A stretch of DNA of 64,000 nt from Octopus sinensis (Eukaryota): assembly GCF_006345805.1 (NCBI RefSeq), contig NC_043020.1, forward strand, positions 14,136,001 through 14,200,000. Reading direction: 5' to 3'. Numbering within the stretch: the stretch's first letter is position 1; each line of letters starts with the position of its first letter. Positions 25,123-36,960 of the stretch are shown here, one piece after another. Both the position numbers and the translations under genes were made by a program. Below the pieces are notes generated by a model. It did no database searches and was not told where the DNA came from. It was given only the letters and a program-made list of their open reading frames with translations.

Positions 25123-25317
25123 CCGGTTTTAAACGAATTAGACAATTTAGGGAAGCTTACATGTTCAGGAAAAGAAATCAACCAGCTAACTCACATGTTA
25201 CAAATATAAATCCACTTCAGAATCAAAGCTGCTTTATTTATTATATCTCTAGAGAATTTTCAAACACTTATACTTTTTAGCTAGAAATTAGCCTCATATA
25301 ATTTACATTGCTTTCTT

Positions 25318-25469
25318 GTGGCTGTGTGGTAAGTAGCTTGCTTAATAACCACATGGTTCTGGGTTCATTCCCACTGCGTGGCACCTTGGGTGAGTATCTT
25401 CAACTATAGCCTCGGGCCGACCAAAGCCTTGTGAGTGGACTTGGTAGACAGAAACTGAAGAAGCCCATC
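25318..25469 (+). mobile_element. Family A SINE 5' half
   Basis: Head/core only. Confidence 0.85.
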
Positions 25470-25518
25470 ACTGGACAACTACTGCCTACCTCAAGATAGG
25501 CAAACCCTGGCTAATTTG

Positions 25519-26713
25519 TGTTTCTCCTACCACAGTCTCCCTGTTTCACTGGGTGCATGGGGTTTAGAGGTATATAAGGAGCTTGAAGCACATATAATAA
25601 ATACTGCACCTGGCATAACAGGAAGAGAAAACAGGAGGCCAGCACTCTGGTTGGGGTATGGAGATATACAGATCATATCCACTGGACTGTCAGATAACCT
25701 CTTGAAGATTGATGACACACAAATGGTTCTAGTGATTAAGAACTGCTGAAAATTCAACTGGACAACTCAAGGCTACAAAAGACAAACCTGTGAAACTACA
25801 AGGTGGGGCTGAAAAGTTCCTGGCTTTAGGTAAAAGAAAATACAGGATGATCAGTTAATTGTTATTTTGTTCAACATATTCCTCTTTCAGATTCACACAC
25901 ATATTGCAGTGATCCTTTGATTTTTCTAAGCCCTGTAAAAGGAACTAGGAAGGCCGGGCCTCCAACCAGACTGTAAGAATTAACACCTCCTTCTCTAAGC
26001 CTAGATTCGAAACCAAATCCAAAAATTCTTGGTCGTCCAAACCACGACAATCAACAGGCACAAAAAATGGTTTTCTTTGTCCTGTCAAAAATTGATTGAT
26101 CATCTCCCTTTGACCTGTTTCTCCTACCACAGTCTCCCTGTTTCACTGGGTGCATGGGGTTTAGAGGTATATAAGGAGCTTGAAGCACATATAATAAATA
26201 CTGCACCTGGCATAACAGGAAGAGAAAACAGGAGGCCAGCACTCTGGTTGGGGTATGGAGATATACAGATCATATCCACTGGACTGTCAGATAACCTCTT
26301 GAAGATTGATGACACACAAATGGTTCTAGTGATTAAGAACTGCTGAAAATTCAACTGGACAACTCAAGGCTACAAAAGACAAACCTGTGAAACTACAAGG
26401 TGGGGCTGAAAAGTTCCTGGCTTTAGGTAAAAGAAAATACAGGATGATCAGTTAATTGTTATTTTGTTCAACATATTCCTCTTTCAGATTCACACACATA
26501 TTGCAGTGATCCTTTGATTTTTCTAAGCCCTGTAAAAGGAACTAGGAAGGCCGGGCCTCCAACCAGACTGTAAGAATTAACACCTCCTTCTCTAAGCCGA
26601 GATTCGAAACCGAATCCAAGAATTCTCGGTCGTCCAAACCATGACAATCAACAGGCGCAAAAAAGGTTTACTTTGTCCTGTCAAAAATTGATTGATCATC
26701 TCCCTTTGACCTG
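25519..26713 (+). repeat. 597-bp tandem duplication (flank + mariner 3' end + start of foldback element)
   Basis: tgtttctcctaccacag at 25519 and 26116. Identical through the flank and mariner parts, divergent only in the foldback arm. Confidence 0.95.
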
Positions 26714-27066
26714 TGACCTTAGCATGTCAGGCGAAGTTCAACTGGACAAGTGCTGACCTATTTAGGTACAAACTCTGCTGCAGTATGTTTGTCTCTGGTG
26801 TTTCACTACCAGTTTTATAATAAAAAGTGGTAGCTAGAAAGACAGACATACTGCAGCAGAGTTAGTACCTAAATAGGTCAGCGCTTGTCCAGTTGAACTT
26901 TGCCTGACATGCTAAGGTCGCAGGTCAAAGGGAGATGATCAATCAATTTTTGACAGGACAAAGAAAACCATTTTTTGTGCCTGTTGATTGTCGTGGTTTG
27001 GACGACCAAGAATTTTTGGATTTGGTTTCGAATCTAGGCTTAGAGAAGGAAGTGTTAATTCTTACA
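26569..27066. mobile_element. 498-bp palindromic non-autonomous element, TGT..ACA termini, 4-bp TSD (Ginger-like)
   Basis: agac|tgtaagaattaacac...gtgttaattcttaca|agac. Removing it restores the mariner frame gctacaaaggtctggttgg. Confidence 0.85.
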
Positions 27067-27377
27067 AGACCTTTGTAGCAGCAATCACTTCTGAATCAGA
27101 GATAAATTTTGTTCCCTTGAGAAGTCTCTTCAGTTCTGGAAAGAGGCGATAATTAGAAGGGGCCAAGTCAGGAGAGCAAGATGAGCGGTCTACCAATTCA
27201 AAGCCAAGTCTGTAGAGTTTCTTATGCTGTGTGTGCTGGTACATTGTCCCGCAAAAACAGGACACCATGGTTTAGTTTTACATAGCGTTTCTACTTCAAA
27301 GCTTCACACAGTTCATCTAACAGAGACATGTAGTTTTCTGCATTGATGGTGCAACTCTTTGACAGGTATTATACGTG

Positions 27378-27607
27378 AAGGCGGCGAGCTGGCAGAAACG
27401 TTAGCACGCCGGGCGAAATGCTTAGCGGTATTTTATCTGCGTTACGTTGTGAGTTCAAAATCCGCCGAGGTCGATTTTGTCTTTCATCCTTTCGGGGTCG
27501 ATAAATTAAGTACCAGTTACGCACTGGGGTCGATGTAATCGACTTAATGCCTATGTCTGTCCTTGTTTGTCCCTCTGTGTTTAGCCCCTTGTGGGTAATA
27601 AAGAAAT
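27378..27607 (+). mobile_element. Family D tRNA-headed SINE (Meta-domain-like body), intact
   Basis: 14-bp TSD aggtattatacgtg at 27364-27377 and 27608-27621; B-box-like gagttcaaaatcc. Confidence 0.9.
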
Positions 27608-28486
27608 AGGTATTATACGTGGAGTACTCTGTCTTTGTCTCAGAACACTGAAATCAGAACCTTTCCATCTGAATTCTGGGTCTGAAACTTCTTGGGACAC
27701 AGTGAACTTATTTGTGGCACCACTCCATTGATGCTGCTTGGGCTGGAAATCATAATGATGAAGCCAGGTTTCATCCATGGTAACTAAACAAGACAAAATC
27801 AGTCTCTCTCACTGCAAACTGGTCCAAAATCATTTTTGATGTCATCACTCTGATATGCTTCTGATCTGCATTCAGGCACTTCAGCACCCATTTCGCAGAA
27901 GGCCTTCTCAGGTCCAGAATGTGGATGATGTGGTCAGCTCTTTCATGGGAAATCTCCAGAGTCCCAGCTATGACTTCAGCTGATATTCGGTGGACCTTGA
28001 GAATCACAACAATGCACAGCATCGGCTTTGTCCTCTGTGGTCACAGAAGTTGGCCATCCTATCCAAGGTTCACCCGCGACCTCGAAATGTCCAGTTTGAA
28101 ACCTTGACACCCAGTTTTTCACTGTAGAGTAAGATGGGCAGCCTCCTTGAGGACTTCCTTCATCTCGCCATGGATTTCCGCTTCTCCTTTGCCTTACTAA
28201 AAGAGGAACTTCATGACTGCCCATGCTTCAGTTTTACCAAAATCCACCGTAGGAGCTGCTATCATGCATTAAATCTGCAAAAAATTGGGAGATATATGGT
28301 ATACCATCATGATTTTTTGCATATCTTCTAAATAGTTGTGCTACCTCCCCTATAAAGGTAACAGCTCTATCCTTTCATGATACCTTTAAATCCAGGTACT
28401 TTCCAATACCCTCTTCTATATGAGAGAGATTGTAACTTTTTCTGGTAGAGGAAGGGCTTAACCTTCATGTTTACCATATCATCATC

Positions 28487-28925
28487 ATCATCATCATCAT
28501 TTAACGTCCGCTTTCCATGCTAGCATGGGTTGGACGGTTCAACTGGTGTCTGGGGAGCCCGAAGGCTGCACCAGGCCAGTCAGATCTGGCAGTGTTTCTA
28601 CAGCTGGATGCCCTTCCTAACGCCAACCACTCCGAGAGTGTAGTGGGTGATTTTATGTGCCACCGACACAGGTGCCAGACGAGGCTGGCGAACGGCCACG
28701 CTCGGATGGTGTTTTTATGTGCCACCGACACAGGTGCCAGACAAGGCTGGCAGAGGACCACGCTCGGATGGTGTTTTTTTTTTTTTATGTGCCACCGACA
28801 CAGGTGCCAGACGAGGCTGGCGAACGACCACGCTCGGATGGTGTTTTTATGTGCCACCGACACAGGTGCCAGACAAGGCTGGCAGACGACCACGCTCGGA
28901 TGGTGTTTTTTTTTATGTGCCACGG
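28487..28925 (-). mobile_element. Family B RTE-type 3' end with ABAB tandem units
   Basis: CAT tail; atgtgccac(cga) at 28655, 28717, 28787, 28849 and 28915. Confidence 0.9.
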
Positions 28926-28988
28926 ACATCTCTGTTGAAATACACTGCCTTTGTTTCAGTTATTTCAAAAATAAAAAAAATGGATTTT

Positions 28989-29387
28989 AGGAGTGGCTGT
29001 GTGGTAAGTAGCTTGCTAACCGACCACATGGTTCCGGGTTCAGTCCCACTGCGTGGCATCTTGGGCAAGTGTCTTCTGCTATAGCCCCGGGCCGACCAAT
29101 GCCTTGTGAGTGGATTTGGTAGACGGAAACTGAAAGAAGCCTGTCGTATATATGTATATAAATATGTATGTATGTGTATACGTTTGTGTGTCTGTGTTTG
29201 TCCCCCTAGCATTGCTTGACAACCGATGCTGGTGTGTTTATGACCCCGTAACTTAGCGGTTCGGCAAAAGAGACCGATAGAATAAGTACTGGGCTTACAA
29301 AGAATAAGTCCTGGGGTCGAGTTGCTCGACTAAAGGTGGTTCTCCAGCATGGCTGCAGTCAAATGACTGAAACAAGTAAAAGAGAGT
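28989..29387 (+). mobile_element. Family A SINE
   Basis: Complete body and tail. Confidence 0.9.
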
Positions 29388-29529
29388 AACTTTGCAATTA
29401 AGAAACTGGTGTTTGGAATATAAATTAACTCGAAATTTTAATGTATGGTTTTAATTTAGATCAATTAAAAACAAGAAACTTGTGTTATGTAATCACGGAC
29501 AGTCTTGGGTGGCTTGAAAAGGATTAAGC

Positions 29530-29815
29530 AAGGCTAAAGAGTATGATGTTGGCTTTGCTATAAGAAAACCCATTGCTGAAGATAGTAGAGACTGATGAGA
29601 GAAGAAGGATATGAAATTCTTCACTTCAATACCACACATCTGATAGACCTGTCGACCTTGTCAGTGTCTCTACACCCACTCCACACACACTCCTCTATAT
29701 AAAATACAATGGATAAACTCTGTGGCCAAATCTCAAGGACAATCCAAGAGATTCCAATCAGATCCAGAAACAGTTGCCACTACTTGGTGACTTCAACACC
29801 AGTGTGAGTGCAGAC
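29530..29815 (+). mobile_element. Decayed non-LTR APE endonuclease fragment (RTE-like)
   Basis: VGFAIRKP and LPLLGDFNTSVSADH, resembling LLGDFNARVG. Confidence 0.55.
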
Positions 29816-29859
29816 CATATACATACATGCATATATGTCCCACCCCCCACACATACAGT

Positions 29860-30010
29860 ATGGGCCAAATATCAGCTACATGAAAAAACAATTGGACCTT
29901 ATAACCCAATTTTCTATAGACATTGGGATGAAATTTGTTGAGTCCAAATGTGATTTTTTTATAAAACATGGACCAGTTATGCCTTCCTCTGAAAACCTAA
30001 AAATGAACAG
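29860..30010 (+). mobile_element. Decayed non-LTR RT fragment (R4/Dong-like domain 7)
   Basis: QLDLITQFSIDIGMKFVESKC resembles FSxDIGMxFGxxKC. Confidence 0.5.
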
Positions 30011-30014
30011 CTTG

Positions 30015-30380
30015 GTGACAATTATAATTATGACCCTTGAATCGATCTGTTGCATTTCAATCTGTTTTAGGGTTAGGGGTGGGGGGAAGGGTATCTTTTT
30101 TTTCTTCAGAAATGTAAATAAACCCAATCTGTTTCTTAAACGAGGGACATATTCATATGGCACAGAATGTTTCTTTTACCTCAATAGACGTCAGTGATAG
30201 GTTGAAATTGCAGAAATTGAAGAGAAAAAAACAACAAATATCTTACAAACTATAGAATTTTCTCAATAAAGCTAAGAGAAAAAGCTGTTTTATAAACACA
30301 TTCTACCAGTATACAAAGTTTAAAATTTTTTAGTTACCTAGAAATTATGTTAAAAACTGCCGTTCAAACCGAAAAGATCC
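30015..30380 (+). mobile_element. Family M MITE, left end missing
   Basis: Colinear with 33367-33782; ends ccgaaaagatcc. Confidence 0.85.
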
Positions 30381-30769
30381 CTTTTGCCAACTTTCACTTG
30401 ATGAGGAAAGTTGGACTTATTGTAATACCTCTGTGTGATTGTTTACTGGTTACATTCACAAGAGTTTTGGCACATTCCATCTGCAAATTATGGATATTAC
30501 AATTATTACACATCTTTGCACTTCCTGGAACAGAGTTGTCTTTATGGATGTATGTATTTATCTTTCTGAATATAAGTAGATATATTTGTCTGTCTGTCTG
30601 TCTATCTGCCCCCACTCTCTCTCTCTCTGTGCGTGTGCATGTCATTATTCAGTTTATTTCAAGATTTCTTGCTAGTAGAGAAAGAACTGGTTTCTAACCT
30701 AGATCCAAAGTTCCTTCATTGGAAGTTCAACATCAACAACAGGCTATTTTTGTTTATATGTATGCATGC

Positions 30770-30802
<33 letters not shown>

Positions 30803-30953
30803 TGTATGTATGTATGTATGTATGTGTGTATGTATGTATGTATGTATGTATGTATGTATGTATGTGTGTATGTATGTCAAACCATCCAACCCATTCTGGC
30901 ATGGAAGGAGGACATTAAACAATGATGATGATGGTGATGATGATATATGGTGT

Positions 30954-31380
30954 AGGAGTGGCTGTGTGGTAAGTAGCTTGTTTACCAACCACATGATTCT
31001 GGGTTCAGTCCCACTGCGTGGCACCTTGGGCAAGTGTCTTCTACTATAGCATCAGGCCGACCAAAGCCTTGTGAGTGGATTTGGTAGACGGAAACTGAAA
31101 GAAGCCCGTCGTATATATGTATATATATGTATATATATGTATATATGTATGTGTGTGTATATGTTTGTGTGTCTGTGTTTGTCCCCCCCCCCACATCGCT
31201 TGACAACCGATGCTGGTGTGTTTATGACTCCGTAACTTAGTGGTTCGGCAAAAGAGACTGATAGAATAAGTACTAGGCTTACAAAGAATAAGTCCTGGGG
31301 TCGATTTGCTCAACTAAAGGCGGTGCTCCAGCATGGCCACAGTCACGTGACTGAAACAAGTAAAAGAGTAAAAGAGAGTA
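30954..31380 (+). mobile_element. Family A SINE
   Basis: Complete body and tail. Confidence 0.9.
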
Positions 31381-31822
31381 TACATCATGCCTAATTGTGT
31401 TTATCTGCACTACTACCACTCTCTCCCCCCCTCTTTCCAATGAAGGCTCAGTTGGCCAAAACTTCAAATGTAAACAACATTCTCGTTTAAGAATAATAAA
31501 TTTGTATTATACAAAAGTATAAAGTAACTCATCAGATTAATGCAGAATTGTTTTTATTACAACTGAACATAAAAACAAACATTAGCATGTGTGTGTGTGT
31601 GTGTGTGTATGTGTGTGTGTTATGTGTTGTGTGTGTGTGTGTGTGTGTTGTGTGTTGTGTGTTGTGTGTGTGTGTGTGTGTGTGTGCCTATACATCTCAA
31701 TTGGATCAGCAGAATGAATAAAAGGACCATTTTTACCAGGCTCTTTTGCTATTTCAAAGACAAATGATAGTTACTTTATGCTTATGACTGGTGACTTCAG
31801 TAGACACATTAGACAGGACTCC

Positions 31823-32522
31823 ATTTTATGGGTGTCTGCCAAGTCAGCTGCCAGAAGTTGGAGTTTCAATGTAATGATACATTGAGCCGCTCTCCGACTA
31901 TCTATCTGTGGCTTTATATAGCTATGGTGCGACCTCACCTGGAATTTGCATCACCAGTCTGGAACCCCTATCTTGCCCAGGATATTAATTGTCTGGAAGC
32001 CGTTCAGCGACGTGCAACCAAGGGAATACCCTCCATCAGGCATTTGCCATATTCTGAACACCTTACTTCCCTGGGCATGGATACATTGAAACTCTGATGT
32101 CAGGCAACTGACTTGGCAGACACCCATAAAATTATTAACCATCTTACAAACAATAACTCTGAGCAGCTTTTCAAACTCCATCTGTCTAACACCCGTGGAC
32201 ATGTTTACAAAGTCAGAAAACAGCACAGCTCCCATGACTTTTGGAAACATTTTTTTCACACCGAGAGTTGCTGAAGTATGGAACAAACTGCCGGCATCAG
32301 TTGTTAGTTGTCGGAGCACTGCATCCTTCAAAACTTCCATGCTTTCTGAGATTCGCCAACACTACACCTGATTTTCTCCCCTCTATACACACGCAATCAT
32401 GTATCTGACTCATACACTGTTCGCTTTCCAGACATTTGTACATTACTGCATATGCTTTATACATACTTTTGACAAGTTGTGATGCACCTGAGCACTGTAT
32501 ACAATAATTTCATTATTATTTT
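31823..32522 (+). mobile_element. CR1/L2-clade LINE 3' fragment with 5' inverted piece
   Basis: RSPTIYLWLYIAMVRPHLEFASPVWNPY...LEAVQRRATK; ends in an (ATT)n-like tail. 31823-31873 is inverted. Confidence 0.9.
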
Positions 32523-32609
32523 CTCGTATTGGTTCTTCAAATAAAGAGACATGTAAGTTCTGTTATTAAAGTTTACTAAACATGGAGAATGCATGGGAGA
32601 AAGAGAGCC

Positions 32610-33050
32610 GGATCTTTTCGGTTTAAACGGCAGTTTGTAACATAATTTCTAGGTAACTAAAAAATGTTAAACTTCGTATACTGGTAGAATGTGTTTATAA
32701 AACATCATTTTCTCTTGGCTTAATTGAGAAAATTCTATAGTTTGTAAGATATTTCGTCTTTAATTTCTTGCATTTCTGCAATTTTAACCAATCGCTGACC
32801 GTCCATTGAGGTGAAAGCATTCTGTGCATAATGAATATGTCCCTCGTTTAAGAAACAGATTGGGTTTATTTACATTTGTGAAGAAAAAAAGATACCCTTC
32901 CCCTAACCCTAAATTACGTCCATTTAGGTAAAAAAACATTCTGTGCCGCATGAATATGTCCCTCCTTTCAGAAACAGATTGGGTTTATTTACATTCAAAC
33001 CGAAAAGATCCAGAGAGGATCTACAAACTGCCGTTCAACCGAAAAGATCC
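32610..33050 (-). mobile_element. Family M MITE, rearranged, 8-bp TSD
   Basis: agagagcc at 32602-32609 and 33051-33058. Confidence 0.85.
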
Positions 33051-33366
33051 AGAGAGCCTTCCTCTCTGTGAGAACGAGACAGAATGTCCGTCCATTCTAG
33101 TTGAACACCAGGATGATAGATAAAGCAATGAAGGTATGGAAACAAGGAAAGCCCAACAGTCGAACGAAATATCATGCAAGGGAAGTAACTCGTGCAAAAC
33201 CAGTATACAGAAATAAAAATTAACAATGCAAGGGAGATAATTACGGAAATTCCTACAAATTATTGCATCATTCACAGCGAATTTACAGCAAAAATTCGGA
33301 AATTATATTCATTCTTGCACACACAAACACACACGCGCACGCAAGTTCACGTATTGAAAAGACTGG

Positions 33367-33782
33367 GGATCTTTTCGGTTTGAACGACAGTTTTTTCGAG
33401 CGGTGTCATATGAAATTGTCACCCATAATTATGACCCTAGTATCGATCTACTGCATTTCAATCCGTTTTAGGGTTAGGGTTAGAGTGGGGGTATGGTATA
33501 CTTTTTTTCTTCGCAAATGTAAATAAACCCAATCTGTTTCTTAAACGCGGGACATATTCATACGGCACAGAGTGTTTTTTTTTTTTACCTCAATAGACGT
33601 CATTGATTGGTTGAAATTGCAGAAATTGAAAAAAAAAAAAATCTTACAAACTATAGAATTTTCTCAATAAAGCCAAGAGAAAAAGATGTTTGATAAACAC
33701 ATTCTACCAGTATACGAAGTTTAAAAGTGTTTAGTTACGTGGAAATTATTTTAAAAAACTGCCGTTCAAACCGAAAAGATCC
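33367..33782 (+). mobile_element. Family M MITE, full length, 8-bp TSD (Merlin-like by inference)
   Basis: aagactgg|ggatcttttcggtttgaac...gttcaaaccgaaaagatcc|aagactgg. Confidence 0.9.
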
Positions 33783-34070
33783 AAGACTGGAAAGTTTGTA
33801 AAATTTTTATTCCATGTGATATGTATTTCATTACAGTATAGGAAATCCCTTATGAAGGATGGTTGCCAACGTATGAATGTTTGAAGGAGAGGATTTAAAG
33901 ATTAAAAATAAAAAGTGAGAAAAAGAGAAAAACAATTTTTAAAAAGGGAAGAACATCTATTTTCGGTGGATGCATGAATGTAATTTGAGTCTAGGCATGA
34001 GATCTTTTCCTTTTGAACAGCAGACAATTTGTAGTTAACTAAACACTTTAAAACTTCGTATACTGGTAGA

Positions 34071-34360
34071 CTTCAGGAAACATTTTTTCACACTGAGAGT
34101 TGCTGAAGCGTGGAACAAACTGCCGGCATCAGTTGTTAGTTGTTGGAGCACTGCATCCTTCAAAACTTCCATGCTTCCTGAGATTCGCCAACACTACACT
34201 TGATTTTCTCCCCTCCATACACACACAAGCATGTATCTGACTCCTACATTGTTCGCTTTCCAGACATTTCTACATTACTGCATGTACTTTATATGCACTT
34301 TCTGACAAGTTGTGGTGCACCTGAGCACTGTATACAATAATTTCATTATCATTATTATTT
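34071..34360 (+). mobile_element. CR1/L2 LINE 3' fragment (left arm)
   Basis: cttcaggaaacattttttcac...tacaataatttcattatcatt. Confidence 0.9.
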
Positions 34361-34789
34361 TAATGTGTCAAAATAAAACATTTTTTTCTCTTGGCTTTCT
34401 TGAGAAAATTGTAATTTGTTTGTTTAATTTTTCGAATTTTAACCAATCCTATGCTCTCTTTTGAGCTAAACTCATTTGCTGCGTCTAAAACTGAGACAAC
34501 ACCCTGTAACTAACCCTAAACCTCGCCCCATAACCCTAACCCTAACCCTAAATTTTTTTTTATTAATTGTTACGCGTGTAAAAAAACAATAAAGCAATGG
34601 AATTAAATTAATTTAACAATTAAAAAAAAAAAATTAGGGTTAGGGGGGAGGTTTAGGGTTAGTTACAGGATGTTGTCTCAGTTTTAGACGGAGCAAATGA
34701 TTTTAGTTGAATGGAGGTAATCGATTGGTTAAAATATCTTACAAACTATAGAATTTTCTCAATAAAACCAAGAGAAAATGATGTTTTAT

Positions 34790-35867
34790 AATAATAATAA
34801 TAATGAAATTATTGTATACAGTGCTCAGGTGCACCACAACTTGTCAGAAAGTGCATATAAAGTACATGCAGTAGTGTAGAAATGTCTGGGTGTATGGAGG
34901 GGAGAAAATCAAGTGTAGTGTTGGCGAATCTCAGGAAGCATGGAAGTCTTGAAGGAAGCAGTGCTCCGACAACTAACAACCGATGTCGGCAGTTTGTTCC
35001 ACGCTTCAGCAACTCTCAGCGTGAAAAAATGTTTCCTGAAGTCATGGGAGCTGTGCTGTTTTCTTACTTTGTAAATATGTCCACGGGAGTTAGATGGGTG
35101 GAGTTTGAAGAGGTGCTCAGAGTTATTGTTTGTGCGATGGTTGATAATTTTATGGGTGTCTGCCAAGTCAGCTGCCAGACGTCGGAGTTTCAATGTGTCC
35201 ATGCCCAGGGAGGTAAGGCGTTCAGGATATGGCAAATGCCTGATGGAGGGTATTCTTTTGGTTGCATGTCGCTGAACAGCTTCCAGACGATTGATGTCCT
35301 GGGCAAGATAGGGGCTCCAGACCGGCGATGCAAACTCCAGGTGAGGTCTTACCATAGCTATATAAAGCCGCAGATAGATAGCCGGAGAGCGGCTCACAAA
35401 GGATTTGGTGAGTGATGCCAAGACACCCTCAGCCTTCTTGACAATTTTAGCGATGTGTTTTGTCCAACGCAAATCGCTGTCGACAATAACACCCAGGTCA
35501 CGTTCACTTGAAGACTTTTTGAGACTAGTGTTGTGGAGGGAGTAGGTGGACACTGGGTTTCTCCTCCCAAAATGCATGGTGGTACATTTGTACACAGCCA
35601 GCTTGAGTTGCCAGTCCATGATCCACTGCTGCATTGTGTCCAGGTCTGCTTGCAATAGAGATCCATAGTGTATAGGATTTGACCTCTTTATTTCGAGGTA
35701 CAGCTTGATGTCATCTGCATATTTCAGCACTGTGGCATTCTTTAAGTTGGCATCTATGTCATTAACATATGCAACAAATAAAAGGGGGCCAAGAACAGAT
35801 CCCTGCGGCACACCAGATGTCATCTCATAGGGCGAAGAGTGCTGTCCTAGAACTGTGACAACCTCTT
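34790..35867 (-). mobile_element. 5'-truncated CR1/L2 LINE with an intact 304-aa RT C-terminal frame (34909-35823)
   Basis: GVPQGSVLGPLLF, KYADD, RPHLEFASPVWSPY, HFFTLRVAEAWNKLP; (TAA)n tail at 34790-34805; ttata duplicated at the junctions. Confidence 0.95.
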
Positions 35868-36075
35868 ATAAACACATTCTACCAGTATACGAAGTTTAAA
35901 AGTGTTTAGTTAACTAGAAATTGTGTTGACATCTGCCGTTCAAAAGGAAAAGATCCCAGGCCATGGATTTTGTTATGGAGTCACAATGGGGGCACTAATG
36001 ATTTTGATTTTGCCCGGGAATTGGGCAGGATAGAATTCTGTTACTGTTCTTTTTCTTCAACTCAGTATATGAACA

Positions 36076-36514
36076 CTCTCTTTACTTGTTTCAGTCATTT
36101 GACTGTGGCCATGCTGGAGCACCGCCTTTAGTCGAGCAAACCGACTCCGGGACTTATTCTTTGTAAGCCTAGTACTTGTTCTACCGGTCTCTTTTGCCGA
36201 ACCACTAAGTTACGGGGACGTAAACACACCAGCATCGGTTGTCAAGCGATGTTGGGGGGATAAACACAAACGCATAAACACACCAGCATCGGTTGTCAAG
36301 CGATGTTGGGGAGACAAACACAAACACACACACACACACACACATATATACATATATACGACGGGTTTCTTTCAGTTTCCGTCTACCAAATCCACTCACA
36401 AGGCTTTGGTCGGCCCGAGGCTATAGTAGAAGACACTTGCCCAAGGTGCCACGCAGTGGGACTGAACCCGGAACCATGTGGTTGGTAAGCAAGCTACTCA
36501 CCACACAGCCACTC
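36076..36514 (-). mobile_element. Family A SINE with short internal duplication
   Basis: taaacacaccagcatcggttgtcaagcgatgttgggg occurs twice. Confidence 0.9.
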
Positions 36515-36762
36515 AGTAATAACATAATTGTAAATATCATAAATAAATAATGGCTATATACCCTAGAAAATAGGTTTCGGATTCTCTACCCTTAATTCTT
36601 CAAACAAACAGAAAAAAATAATAGAATGTTACTTGGACGAAATTGTAATCTATAGTTTGTAGAATTTATTTATCAGGAGTATATTGAGAGACAGACGGAC
36701 AAAAAGGATAGAGAGAAGGAAAATAATGAAAGAGAGAAAGAGCGAGAGAGAGAGAGAGAGAG

Positions 36763-36927
36763 AGGTGCAGGAGTGACTGTGCTAAGTAGCTTGTTTAACA
36801 ACCACACGGTTCTAGGTTCAATCCCACTGCATGGCACCTTGGGCATTTGGTAGATGGAAATTGAAAGAAGCCCATCGTATGTATGTATGTATTTATGTAT
36901 GTATGTATGTATGTATGTGTGTGTGTA

Positions 36928-36960
<33 letters not shown>

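Larger units (their letters stand above)
26396..28416 (-). mobile_element. Full-length decayed mariner (DD34D) with two nested insertions
   Basis: TA|caaggtggggctgaaaagttcctggc ... tccaggtactttccaataccctcttc|TA. Fragments KNWVSRF, AKWVLKCL, LVTMDETW, SPDLAPSNYRLF, DSEVIAATKV|WLEARPS. About 1275 bp remain after removing the insertions. Confidence 0.9.
34000..35956. mobile_element. Family M foldback variant with a CR1 fragment in each arm
   Basis: gatcttttccttttgaac...gttcaaaaggaaaagatcc termini; inverted arms meet at ~34560-34620 and carry (TTAGGG)-like runs. Confidence 0.8.

Noticed and set aside
34525-34555. (CCCTAA)n as an interstitial telomere or fusion site
   Set aside because: Only about 3 units, and part of the family M MITE consensus.
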